Positions 24,588 to 32,797 are shown, counted from the first letter of the stretch. The stretch is 42,904 bases of DNA from an uncultured bacterium (GCA_964592965.1 CAZQJX010000003.1:1-42904), one strand, 5' to 3'. Notes: generated from the sequence alone by a model not told the origin. Numbers and translations: made by a program.

Positions 24588-25955
24588 TTGAATGGATTTT
24601 TTAACTGGCTACGGCGCAGAAGCGCTGGTGAGCTTCTTTTTTTAAGTTTCGGGACTTTGGTCCTTGTGGGAGCTATTTTGCTTTTCCTTCCCATCTCCAC
24701 CCATTCCAGAGAAATTAGTTTTATAGATGCTCTTTTTACTGCCACAAGCGCAACTTGTGTAACCGGCTTAATTGTAGTTGATACTGGAACTTATTTTACC
24801 CGCTTTGGTCAGGCGGTTATTTTGCTTTTAATTCAGCTGGGTGGATTTGGGATTATGTCTTTTGGAACATTTATTGTTTTTATGCTGGGTGGAAGGGCAA
24901 CGATGCGGGCGAGAGATGCGGTTTCGCAGAGTTTCTTGCCAATTCAAGGACTTTCCCTGCGAGAGATGCTGAAAAAATCGCTTATCTTTATGTTAGTGGT
25001 GGAGTTTTTAGGGGCATTGATTTTATATTTTGCATTTGGCAATGCTTATACTCCCGGAGAAAAGATCTGGCAGGCGGTTTTTCATTCAATAAGTGCTTTT
25101 TGCAATGCGGGATTTTCTCTTAATTCCGATAGTATGATTAAATTTGCTGATAGCGTTGTGGTAAATCTGACGATGATGGCTTTAATTATTCTTGGTGGAA
25201 TAGGTTTTGTTGTGGTTTTGGACATCTGGCTTAAATTCAACAAAAGCGAACGAAGGCACAGACTAAGTCTTCACACCAAAATGGTTCTTCTTCTAACCAT
25301 AATTTTGATTTTTTCAGGAGCGTTTTTACTTACTGCTTTTGAATGGAATGGAGGTTTTGCCCAGGCAGGTGTTAAGGGTAAGTTTTTGCGTGGATTTTTT
25401 CAGTCCATTACTGCTCGCACCGCAGGATTTAATACTGTTGAGATAAAAAGGCTGAGTGAAGCATCCATTTTTGTTCTTATATTTCTTATGTTTATCGGCG
25501 GAGCGCCTGGCTCGTGTGCTGGTGGGGTTAAGGTCACAAGTGCAGGGGTAATTTTGACCGTTGCTCTTAGTATTTTCTTTTTGCGCAAAAAACCAACTAT
25601 TTTCGGAAGAAGCCTGAGCAGAGAGACAGTTGATAGAGCTTTGCTTTTGTTGGTCACAGCCTTTTTGGTAATTAATATTTTTATCCTTCTTCTTTTAATA
25701 AGTGAAGGCGGACTCAGCTCCCATCTTTTGGTAAAGGGCAAGTTTTTAACCGTTCTTTTTGAAGCCATTTCTGCTTTTGGCACAGTGGGATTGAGCTTGG
25801 GGGTTACACCCCATTTAACCGCTATGGGCAAGATTTTAATTACTGCTTTAATGTTCATCGGCAGGCTAGGACCTTTGACTTTAATTTATCTTTTCCAAGC
25901 CCGCTCCGCTCCGGCTGCAATTGAGTTTCCAGAAGAAGAGGTTATGATTGGTTAG
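24588..25955 (+). CDS. TrkH/KtrB family potassium uptake membrane subunit
   Basis: 455-aa polytopic ORF with four pore-loop-like Gly motifs (SATCVTGL, CNAGFS, RTAGFN, FGTVGLS). The TTG start is taken from the ORF track and is not certain. Confidence 0.85.
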   Translation: MNGFFNWLRRRSAGELLFLSFGTLVLVGAILLFLPISTHSREISFIDALFTATSATCVTGLIVVDTGTYFTRFGQAVILLLIQLGGFGIMSFGTFIVFMLGGRATMRARDAVSQSFLPIQGLSLREMLKKSLIFMLVVEFLGALILYFAFGNAYTPGEKIWQAVFHSISAFCNAGFSLNSDSMIKFADSVVVNLTMMALIILGGIGFVVVLDIWLKFNKSERRHRLSLHTKMVLLLTIILIFSGAFLLTAFEWNGGFAQAGVKGKFLRGFFQSITARTAGFNTVEIKRLSEASIFVLIFLMFIGGAPGSCAGGVKVTSAGVILTVALSIFFLRKKPTIFGRSLSRETVDRALLLLVTAFLVINIFILLLLISEGGLSSHLLVKGKFLTVLFEAISAFGTVGLSLGVTPHLTAMGKILITALMFIGRLGPLTLIYLFQARSAPAAIEFPEEEVMIG

Positions 25956-25964
25956 GAGGAAAAA

Positions 25965-26624
25965 ATGGCACAGGTAGCAATATTGGGATTGAGCAATTTT
26001 GGATATTATCTAGCACTTAAGCTCACTCAGATGGGCTCAGAGGTGATGGTAATTGACCATAAAAAAGAGCTTATTGACCGCATTAAAAATGATGTTTCCA
26101 AAGCAATAATAGCTGATGCCACTGATAGAAGGGCTCTTGAAAAACTAGGATTGGAAAATATGGATGCGGTTGTGATTAGCTTGGGAGACAGACTGGAAAG
26201 CTCTATTCTCTGTGCTTTTTACCTTAAAGAAATGAAAGTTAAAAACATTGTTGCCAAAGCCTTAAGCGAAGACCACAAAAGAATTTTGGAAATGATTGGT
26301 GTTAATAAAGTGGTTTTTCCTGAAAAAGAATCAGGAGAAAGACTGGCAATGAGCATACACCGACCTGAAATCCTTGAGTATATCCCTATGGGCAGGGATA
26401 TGAGTATGATTGAAATGGAACCTTTTAAAGAAATGGTAGGAAAAACCATAAGAGAACTTGATTTCAGAAAAAGATATGGATGCCAAATCATTGCCATCCG
26501 ACCGAGAAAAGGAGAAAGGGAGCTGAAACTTCCTGACCCAGACCAAGTCATTGAAAAAGAAAATATCCTTATCATTATGGGTCAGACCAAAAGCATTGAG
26601 GAGCTGGAAAGGAGAAGAAAATAG
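25965..26624 (+). CDS. TrkA/KtrA family potassium uptake regulatory subunit (RCK N- and C-domains)
   Basis: 219 aa. N-terminal Rossmann-like VAILGLSNFGYYLA... followed by a TrkA-C-like C-terminal half. It lies 9 nt after the TrkH-family gene, with RBS aggagga. Confidence 0.85.
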   Translation: MAQVAILGLSNFGYYLALKLTQMGSEVMVIDHKKELIDRIKNDVSKAIIADATDRRALEKLGLENMDAVVISLGDRLESSILCAFYLKEMKVKNIVAKALSEDHKRILEMIGVNKVVFPEKESGERLAMSIHRPEILEYIPMGRDMSMIEMEPFKEMVGKTIRELDFRKRYGCQIIAIRPRKGERELKLPDPDQVIEKENILIIMGQTKSIEELERRRK

Positions 26625-26632
26625 CCCTTTAT

Positions 26633-26681
26633 TTGACAATTCTTGTCAAAAATTCCCCGGTTTATTGACAAAATTTGTAAA
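26633..26681. promoter_or_regulatory. Two inverted-repeat operator/UAS-like sites (TTGACAA-N3-TTGTCAA and TTGACAA-N3-TTGTAAA)
   Basis: There is a perfect 7-bp inverted repeat at 26633-26649 and a 6/7 copy at 26665-26681. Their centres are 32 bp apart. They lie about 90-125 bp upstream of the sigma-54-type promoter. Confidence 0.45.
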
Positions 26682-26743
26682 TGTGTCTAATCATAATTGA
26701 AAAATATTCCTTTAAAATTTCTAAAAATCAGAAACAAAAAGGT

Positions 26744-26759
26744 AGGCATAAATATTGCT
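26744..26759 (+). promoter_or_regulatory. Sigma-54 (RpoN)-type -24/-12 promoter upstream of the pilin gene
   Basis: aGGCAtaaataTTGCT compared with the consensus TGGCACG-N4-TTGCW. GG (26745-26746) and GC (26757-26758) have exactly the canonical spacing. The RBS gaaggaggg and ATG 26787 follow. Confidence 0.5.
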
Positions 26760-26786
26760 TCTTGACTCCTTGAAGGAGGGAGGGAA

Positions 26787-27260
26787 ATGACAAAGAACAG
26801 AGGTTTCACCCTGATTGAGATTATGATTGTGGTAGTTATCATCGGTATTCTCTCTGCTATTGCCATACCTAATTTTATGAAGTTTCGCTCCCGCGCTTGG
26901 CAGGCAGAGGCAAAGGCAAATCTGGCAGCGGTTCATAACTGTCAGCTAATTTATTTCAGCGATTTTGATACATTTGCTGGCGGGGAAGACGCGTTTGATA
27001 AAATAAAATTCGTGCCCATTGCAGGAAGAAATCGCTATACTTATATCCTTGACCAGAGTATTCTTCCCGGCGTGATTCAAATAGATAATCTGCCTGAAGG
27101 AATTCCTTCAACCAAAGAAGGATTTACCTGCATTGCGGTAAGCAATATTGACCAAGACCCTGCTCTGGACTACTGGGCAATTAATGATGACCGAGACCTT
27201 CGCAATGAAAAAGTTGATGCCGGCGGCTGGAAAGGAAATGGTAGTGATTTAATCCATTAA
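26787..27260 (+). CDS. Type IV pilin / pseudopilin (prepilin-type N-terminal cleavage/methylation domain)
   Basis: The leader MTKNRG precedes FTLIEIMIVVVIIGILSAIAIPNF, with the G-1/F+1/E+5 signature. 157 aa with two Cys residues. Confidence 0.88.
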   Translation: MTKNRGFTLIEIMIVVVIIGILSAIAIPNFMKFRSRAWQAEAKANLAAVHNCQLIYFSDFDTFAGGEDAFDKIKFVPIAGRNRYTYILDQSILPGVIQIDNLPEGIPSTKEGFTCIAVSNIDQDPALDYWAINDDRDLRNEKVDAGGWKGNGSDLIH

Positions 27261-27292
27261 TTTTCTCTCTAATCTTCCGATTAAATCTTTTG

Positions 27293-27781
27293 ATGAGCGC
27301 TCAGAATGCCCCAACAGAAATTATTTCTTCACAGCCCATTATTATAGAACTCCACAAAGGAGCTTTTTATATTCGGCTAGAGGTAAAGGCGAGACTAGAA
27401 GGAAGGTATCTTTTAAAAAGCATAATCATTTCGCTGGATAAAGAGCATTTTGCTGGGCTTTTTGATTTTAAGGGTTGTGTTTATTTTTTGAATCAGATGG
27501 AAGAGCTTGGAGAAATGGAGCTTATTGATTACGACTCAGTTTTAGAAGAGGCATTTTTTCAGAGCACAGGCAAGCCTTTTTATCAACTAAAGATAAGCTC
27601 AGCTAAAATAGAGCTTAAGAAATTTACTCAAGATAAAAAAGGAAGATTAAAACAGCTTGCTTTTTCCTTTCCGCAAAATCAGCTTAAAAGGATAATCAAT
27701 CTTCTTGGAAAAGCCCTTATCTTTGGCAAACCTGAAGTTGAGATTATACCGATTAAAGAGCCGAAAAGAAAAAGCGCCTAA
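27293..27781 (+). CDS. Hypothetical protein
   Basis: About 162-aa ORF directly after the pilin gene. No signal peptide, no recognisable motif and no obvious SD. Coding status is supported only by ORF length and the tight fit between neighbours. Confidence 0.5.
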   Translation: MSAQNAPTEIISSQPIIIELHKGAFYIRLEVKARLEGRYLLKSIIISLDKEHFAGLFDFKGCVYFLNQMEELGEMELIDYDSVLEEAFFQSTGKPFYQLKISSAKIELKKFTQDKKGRLKQLAFSFPQNQLKRIINLLGKALIFGKPEVEIIPIKEPKRKSA

Positions 27782-27786
27782 AGCCT

Positions 27787-28527
27787 TTATTCTTCTAACA
27801 AGGAATATAGCTCAATATTCAGCGCCTCTTTATAGTTTTCTTCAGGATTGATTTTAATCCAGCTGACTTTTAATTTGTAATCTATCTCGCGCTTCTCATC
27901 AATGGCAAAAAAAGCCTTGCCCTTCCAGAACATATTAATACTAGGCTGATTTTCAGCACCTGCTTGACATTTGGCTTCAATTAATATCTTGGCGCAGAAA
28001 TGTTTCTTATAGTTGAGGACCTTATCTAGGGTGTAGATGATTTTACAGCTCCCAGGAATTGACCTTCCAAAAAGCTCAAAATTAATTTTATAAGGATACT
28101 CCCAGCTTTTGCCCACAGGAATCGGGTGGTCAGGAAAGACCAAAAGGTTTAAATAGTAGCGATGTCCAGCTGGATACCTTAAAACCTTATCCACTCTTCC
28201 CCAGCGGTCAATTATTCTCTCCACCCTTTCTCCCGGGCAGGGAAGACCAAGCTGGCTTAAATCAAAGCTTGTGCCCTGATATCTTTCTCCCCATTCTTTC
28301 AAAAGATACCTATTTTCTTGCGCCTTGCTCAGATTCCATTTGTGGAGAAATTGAAGATGAATAGCTCGGCTCTCCCCCTTTTCTTCAATCTGCCCCAAAA
28401 GATAATGATGATAAACATAAACTTCTTTTGAAGGCGCATATTCCAATTGATATCTATTTTCTTTCTGAGCATATGCCAGCGGGCAAAAAACCCCGATCAG
28501 GGTAAAAAATATAAACGCCTTCTTCAT
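27787..28527 (-). CDS. Hypothetical secreted protein, translationally coupled to dapB
   Basis: Signal peptide MKKAFIFFTLIGVFCPLAYA|Q. ATG 28527 forms an ATGA overlap with the dapB stop, and is preferred over GTG 28542. Confidence 0.65.
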   Translation of the reverse strand: MKKAFIFFTLIGVFCPLAYAQKENRYQLEYAPSKEVYVYHHYLLGQIEEKGESRAIHLQFLHKWNLSKAQENRYLLKEWGERYQGTSFDLSQLGLPCPGERVERIIDRWGRVDKVLRYPAGHRYYLNLLVFPDHPIPVGKSWEYPYKINFELFGRSIPGSCKIIYTLDKVLNYKKHFCAKILIEAKCQAGAENQPSINMFWKGKAFFAIDEKREIDYKLKVSWIKINPEENYKEALNIELYSLLEE

Positions 28528-29336
28528 CTGATTCCCAGACACTCCTGCATTGAGTAAAGTCCCTTGGGCTTGCCTTTAAGCCATTTTACTGCACGGAGAG
28601 CTCCTCTGGCAAAGGTCTGGCGAGATGATGCTTTATGAGTGAGCTCTATCCTTTCGCCTGTGGTGGCAAATAAAACCGTGTGTTCACCAACAATATCACC
28701 TGCTCTTATCGTTTGTATGCCGATTTGTTCTTTTGGTCTTTCTCCAATCGCTCCTTCTCGCTTATAGCAGGCAACTTTGTTCAGCTCCCAGCCACGCACC
28801 TCTGCCAGTATTTCTGCCAAGCGAAGAGCGGTTCCGCTAGGAGCATCTTTTTTTAAGCGATGATGCGCCTCTATTATCTCAAGGTCATAATCTCTGCCCA
28901 AAACCTCACAGGCTTTTCTTACCAGAGCAAAAAGAAGATTAACCCCAACACTCATATTGGGAGAATAAAGTATAGGAATTTTTTCCGCTAAAGATTTCAA
29001 CCGCTCTTTTTGGACTTCACTCAGCCCAGTTGTTCCAACCACAGCTCCTTTTCCTTTTTCAGCACATATCTCTAAATGTTCAATGGTAGGAGCAGGATAG
29101 GTGAAATCAATTAGAATCTCTGCCTGAGCAATGGCAGAGCTTGCATCATCAATAATTTTGACTCCAAGCTCACCCACGCCTGCTACCTGTCCTGCATCTG
29201 TTCCTATTTGGGGATGGTCTTTTCGCTCAAAAGCGCTGGCAAGCTCCACCTCAGGGTCTTCAAAAATAGCCTTGATTATTTCCTTTCCCATTCTACCGCA
29301 GGCACCTGCAACCGCTACTTTTACCCTCTCACTCAA
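28524..29336 (-). CDS. dapB: 4-hydroxy-tetrahydrodipicolinate reductase
   Basis: 270 aa. KVAVAGACGRMGK dinucleotide motif and EAHHRLKKDAPSGTA signature. 8-nt overlap with dapA. Confidence 0.93.
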   Translation of the reverse strand: MSERVKVAVAGACGRMGKEIIKAIFEDPEVELASAFERKDHPQIGTDAGQVAGVGELGVKIIDDASSAIAQAEILIDFTYPAPTIEHLEICAEKGKGAVVGTTGLSEVQKERLKSLAEKIPILYSPNMSVGVNLLFALVRKACEVLGRDYDLEIIEAHHRLKKDAPSGTALRLAEILAEVRGWELNKVACYKREGAIGERPKEQIGIQTIRAGDIVGEHTVLFATTGERIELTHKASSRQTFARGALRAVKWLKGKPKGLYSMQECLGIR

Positions 29337-30204
29337 TTAACCCCACCTCCTTCATAGCTTGTTCAAGCTGGGGTCGGTATTTTTCGCTGAGAGGAGTCAG
29401 GGGCAGACGAATTTCATCGCTGATTAAGCCAAGCCGATGAACCGCCCATTTAATTGGAATGGGATTGGTCTCAACATAAAGGTGGCGGTTGAGAATATGA
29501 AGCTTATAATGAATTTCTCTTGCCCTCTCCACATCCCCTGCTTTCCAAGCATCCCATAACTCAGCAGTTAGTTTAGGTGCAACATTATTGACCACACAGA
29601 TTCCGCCATATCCACCAATGGAGAGAATAGGAAGAAGTAGGTGGTCATCTCCAGAAAACACCCGAATTCTTCCCTGACAGAGCATAATGGTCTCTGCTGT
29701 CTGGCGAAGATTACCAGCTGCATCCTTAAGACCAACGATGTTTTCTATCTCGCTCAATCTGGCAACTGTCTCAGGAAGCATATTAACCCCTGTTCGGCTA
29801 GGAACATTGTAAAGCACAATAGGTATATCTACTGCCTCTGCTACCTTTTTAAAATGCTGGTAAAGCCCTTCTTGAGTGGGTCGGTTATAATAAGGAGTGA
29901 TCAAAAGCGCTCCGTCTGCTCCTGCTTTTTTGGCAAACTCGGTAAGCTCTATTGCCTCTCTTGTGGAGTTGGAGCCTGTGCCGGCAATTACCGGCACCCT
30001 TTTATTTACCGCATCAATGACAATTTTTATTACTTCTTCGTGCTCCTCATAGCTTAAAGTAGCGCTTTCACCAGTGGTTCCGCAGGGAACAATAGCATCA
30101 GTTCCGTTTTCAATCTGGAATTCCACCAGCTTGCGAAGTGCCGGCTCATCAACCTTGCCATCACGAAAAGGCGTAATTAAAGCTACCATTGCCCCTTCAA
30201 ACAT
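29329..30204 (-). CDS. dapA: 4-hydroxy-tetrahydrodipicolinate synthase
   Basis: 291 aa. ALITPF, CGTTGES, ITPYYN and the catalytic-Lys region VGLKDAAG. Confidence 0.93.
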   Translation of the reverse strand: MFEGAMVALITPFRDGKVDEPALRKLVEFQIENGTDAIVPCGTTGESATLSYEEHEEVIKIVIDAVNKRVPVIAGTGSNSTREAIELTEFAKKAGADGALLITPYYNRPTQEGLYQHFKKVAEAVDIPIVLYNVPSRTGVNMLPETVARLSEIENIVGLKDAAGNLRQTAETIMLCQGRIRVFSGDDHLLLPILSIGGYGGICVVNNVAPKLTAELWDAWKAGDVERAREIHYKLHILNRHLYVETNPIPIKWAVHRLGLISDEIRLPLTPLSEKYRPQLEQAMKEVGLIE

Positions 30205-30228
30205 TTGCCCCTCCTTTTATTGAAGTTT

Positions 30229-31146
30229 TTAATCAGCTACTTCCACTCGGTTTCTTCCATTTCTTTTTGCTTTATAAAGAGCATTATCTGCAAGACGAAT
30301 CAAATCGTCAACCGAGTGGATGGCGGGATGGGGATAGCAGGCAACACCAAGGCTGATTGTGACTTTAAGCTTTTTATCTCCTTCCACAAGAACAAAATCT
30401 TCCACGCGCTTGCGATACCTCTCTGCAACTACCAAAGCGCCCTGAAGGTCGGTTTCTGGCATAAAAAGCGCAAATTCTTCTCCACCATATCTGCCCACAA
30501 CATCATTTACCCTGAGGTTTTCCCGAAGAATCTGGGCAATTTCATAAAGGATTTTGTCGCCGAGCAGATGGCCATAGGTATCATTGAATTTTTTGAAGTG
30601 GTCAATATCTATCATAACAAAGGCGAACTTAGATTGATAGCGCTGGGCTCGCTGGAATTCCAGCTCAAGTAGCTCCATAAAATATCTGCGGTTGTAAAGC
30701 TTGGTAAGACCGTCTGTGTTAGAGAGCTCCTCAAGCCGACGATTAGTAGCTCTAAGCTCTTCTTGAAGAGCCTTAATCTTATAATGAACCTTAACACGAG
30801 CAATTAGCTCCCCTGGGTCAAATGGCTTGGTGATATAGTCGCTTGCTCCCTGCTCCAGACCCTTTACTTTAAGCTTGGCATCATCTGCACCGGTAAGCAT
30901 AATTACAGGAATATCATTAAACTCAGGACGAGCTCGCTTCATACTTAAAAATTTAAACCCGTCCATTCCAGGCATCATTACATCACAGAGGATTAAATCA
31001 ACATTTTTGTTTAGCAAAATTTTAAACCCCTCAATACCATCCGATGCTTCATAATACTGGTCAAAAATACCCGCCTGATTAAGCACCTGCTTAACCTCTT
31101 GCCTTACCTTGGGGTCATCATCTATGATTAAAACTGACCTCGGCAT
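30229..31146 (-). CDS. Response regulator receiver fused to a diguanylate cyclase (REC-GGDEF)
   Basis: Receiver LIIDDD ... LILCDVMMP, then a coiled coil, then a GGDEF domain with the active-site RYGGEEF and an upstream DGLT/YNRR region. Confidence 0.9.
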   Translation of the reverse strand: MPRSVLIIDDDPKVRQEVKQVLNQAGIFDQYYEASDGIEGFKILLNKNVDLILCDVMMPGMDGFKFLSMKRARPEFNDIPVIMLTGADDAKLKVKGLEQGASDYITKPFDPGELIARVKVHYKIKALQEELRATNRRLEELSNTDGLTKLYNRRYFMELLELEFQRAQRYQSKFAFVMIDIDHFKKFNDTYGHLLGDKILYEIAQILRENLRVNDVVGRYGGEEFALFMPETDLQGALVVAERYRKRVEDFVLVEGDKKLKVTISLGVACYPHPAIHSVDDLIRLADNALYKAKRNGRNRVEVAD

Positions 31147-31158
31147 TCTTCCTGCTTT

Positions 31159-31488
31159 TTAAGACCCAAGCTTTTTGATTAAAGTTTCTAACTCCCTTCT
31201 ATAAGGAGAAGGAAGACAAATATATTCAACCCCAATTTGATACCCATACGGCTCTGAGCTTTTTATCCTTTTGCTCCAAACCACCTGAGCAGGAACCGCA
31301 AACATCTTTTTAACAGGCAATTTAAAAATAAGACTTAAATCTTCGCCAGGCTCAAACTCAACTGGAGAAAAAAGGCAAGCTCCTTGTAAAGAGAAATTTC
31401 TCGTTTTGGTCTCAAAAATCTGGAAATTTGTCAAACAGGCAACCTTTAAAGGATATTCTATCCTTTCATATCTTCTTAAATTTTTCAT
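31159..31488 (-). CDS. PilZ domain protein (canonical c-di-GMP-binding motifs)
   Basis: 109 aa. RRYER matches RxxxR and NFSLQG matches (D/N)xSxxG. It lies 12 nt upstream of the REC-GGDEF gene. Confidence 0.85.
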   Translation of the reverse strand: MKNLRRYERIEYPLKVACLTNFQIFETKTRNFSLQGACLFSPVEFEPGEDLSLIFKLPVKKMFAVPAQVVWSKRIKSSEPYGYQIGVEYICLPSPYRRELETLIKKLGS

Positions 31489-31495
31489 TTTCTAA

Positions 31496-31524
31496 ATTTT
31501 AATAATCAAACCGCTCAGCGTCAA
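31496..31524 (-). promoter_or_regulatory. Candidate sigma-70 promoter for the PilZ > GGDEF > dapA > dapB run (leaderless geometry)
   Basis: Minus strand reads TTGACG - 17 nt - TAAAAT. The -10 ends 7 nt before ATG 31488 and there is no SD. Confidence 0.45.
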
Positions 31525-31599
31525 CATTTTACTTGCAAATTTTATCATTTTTAAGATTCAATTTGAAGCTAAAAGGATTTTTCCTGCATAATAAAGAAG

Positions 31600-32400
31600 A
31601 TGAAGAGCAAAATTTATTTTTCGCATAAGAGCTCGCTTAAAGATTTTTTAGAAAAAATCCTTGAGATTTTTGAAAAAGACATTAAGGGAAGGGTGCTTTT
31701 AAAGCCGAATATCGTTTCCGCAGAGCCCTATCCAACCACAACTGACCCTGAGCTTTTCCAAACCCTGATTCAGCTCTTAAAAGATAAAGTTGAGCTTTGG
31801 GCAGGGGACGCCAGCGCTGCTGACCTTTTGCGACCGAGCCAGACTATCAAAAGCCACGAGCTGGCTAAAATAGCAGAAAAGGAAGGTATCAAATTTTTTG
31901 ACTTTTATAAAGAGAAAATGGAAAAAATGTCCACCTGCTTTGGAAACACTCTCCGAATAAGCCGAATTCCTCTTCAATGCGATTATATTATCTCTCTTGC
32001 TGTTCTTAAGTCGCATATAAATGTTCAGCTTACAGGTGCGCTTAAAAATCAGTTTGGATATCTTGACCGAAAGGAGCGCTTCAGGGTGCATTTTCAGCGT
32101 AGGGGTCTTTTGGAACAGGCAATTGTTGCGGTCAATCAGCTGGCTTCTTGCCAGCTTTTTATTGTTGATTTTCGCACCACCCTCATCAATGCCAATGAAG
32201 TAAGGCACGGTGGGAAGAAAGCCAAAGGAAAAGGAATTTTTGCAGGCACAGACCCGCTTGCTTTGGATTGGTTTGGATTTCATCTCCTTAAGGAGATGGA
32301 GCCCAAATTATACGGAAAAGCCCCTTATGAAATCGCCTATCTTTCACTGGCTGAGAAGATAGGCTTAGGAAGCACAGAATTTGAGGTAATTGAAATTTAG
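31600..32400 (+). CDS. DUF362 domain protein
   Basis: 266 aa. The VLLKPNIVS ... TTDPELFQTLIQLL ... AGDAS pattern is typical of DUF362. The call is by motif recollection only. Confidence 0.65.
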   Translation: MKSKIYFSHKSSLKDFLEKILEIFEKDIKGRVLLKPNIVSAEPYPTTTDPELFQTLIQLLKDKVELWAGDASAADLLRPSQTIKSHELAKIAEKEGIKFFDFYKEKMEKMSTCFGNTLRISRIPLQCDYIISLAVLKSHINVQLTGALKNQFGYLDRKERFRVHFQRRGLLEQAIVAVNQLASCQLFIVDFRTTLINANEVRHGGKKAKGKGIFAGTDPLALDWFGFHLLKEMEPKLYGKAPYEIAYLSLAEKIGLGSTEFEVIEI

Positions 32401-32657
32401 CCCGCCTTTGCCTCCTTTTCTGTCCTGCACAGCTGGCTGAGTTTAAGCTCAAGAGCATAGTCAATAACCATCTCATAGCTTTCTCGTAAGCTGGCTTTAA
32501 GCTTTGGGTCTGGAATCTGGTTGAGAATTTCCCTTGCCTGGTCAATGAAATTTTCCAGAAAATCAAAGAACTGCTCAGCGTCCATTTTGAGCGCAAGGCG
32601 ATTAATCTGCTCCATTGCCACCTGCCAGCCTGCCCCTTTCAATGTTGCCTGCTTCAT
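32397..32657 (-). CDS. Hypothetical small helical protein
   Basis: 86-aa ORF with RBS aaaggggaaa 5 nt upstream of the ATG. Predicted all-helical and acidic. Its stop overlaps the convergent DUF362 stop (TTTAG/TAA). Confidence 0.55.
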   Translation of the reverse strand: MKQATLKGAGWQVAMEQINRLALKMDAEQFFDFLENFIDQAREILNQIPDPKLKASLRESYEMVIDYALELKLSQLCRTEKEAKAG

Positions 32658-32684
32658 CTGTTTCCCCTTTCTTTAGGGTTTGAA

Positions 32685-32797
32685 GTTTAATTTAAATTTA
32701 ACTTAATTTAGCTTAATTTAGTTTAAATTTTGTTAAATTTAAACACTTTTTATTAAATTTGTCAAGAAAAAAATTAAAATTTATTAAAATTTTTAAT
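32685..32797. repeat. About 11 units of a degenerate 10-bp AT-rich repeat with TTAA phased every 10 bp
   Basis: TTAA starts at 32703, 32713, 32723, 32733, 32753, 32774, 32784 and 32793. The units include acttaattta, gcttaattta, gtttaaattt, tgttaaattt, tattaaattt, and attaaaattt twice in tandem. Confidence 0.7.

Noticed and set aside
24158-24745. Long antisense ORFs opposite well-supported genes. Examples: 24158-24745 and 25400-25858 opposite macro/TrkH, 4932-5390 opposite the acylase, 29641-30057 and 30205-30672 opposite dapA/GGDEF, 31777-32283 opposite DUF362, and 32899-33294 opposite metX.
   Set aside because: Each lies entirely within, or largely overlaps, a gene with clear family motifs on the other strand. 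They lack RBSs and have low-complexity or odd composition. These are typical shadow ORFs.
26633-26649. The TTGACAAttcTTGTCAA palindrome as the intrinsic terminator of the Trk/Ktr operon.
   Set aside because: The stem is a 7-bp AT-rich helix with a 3-nt loop. It is followed by AAAA rather than a T-tract on the plus strand. A second near-identical site 32 bp away fits protein binding better.
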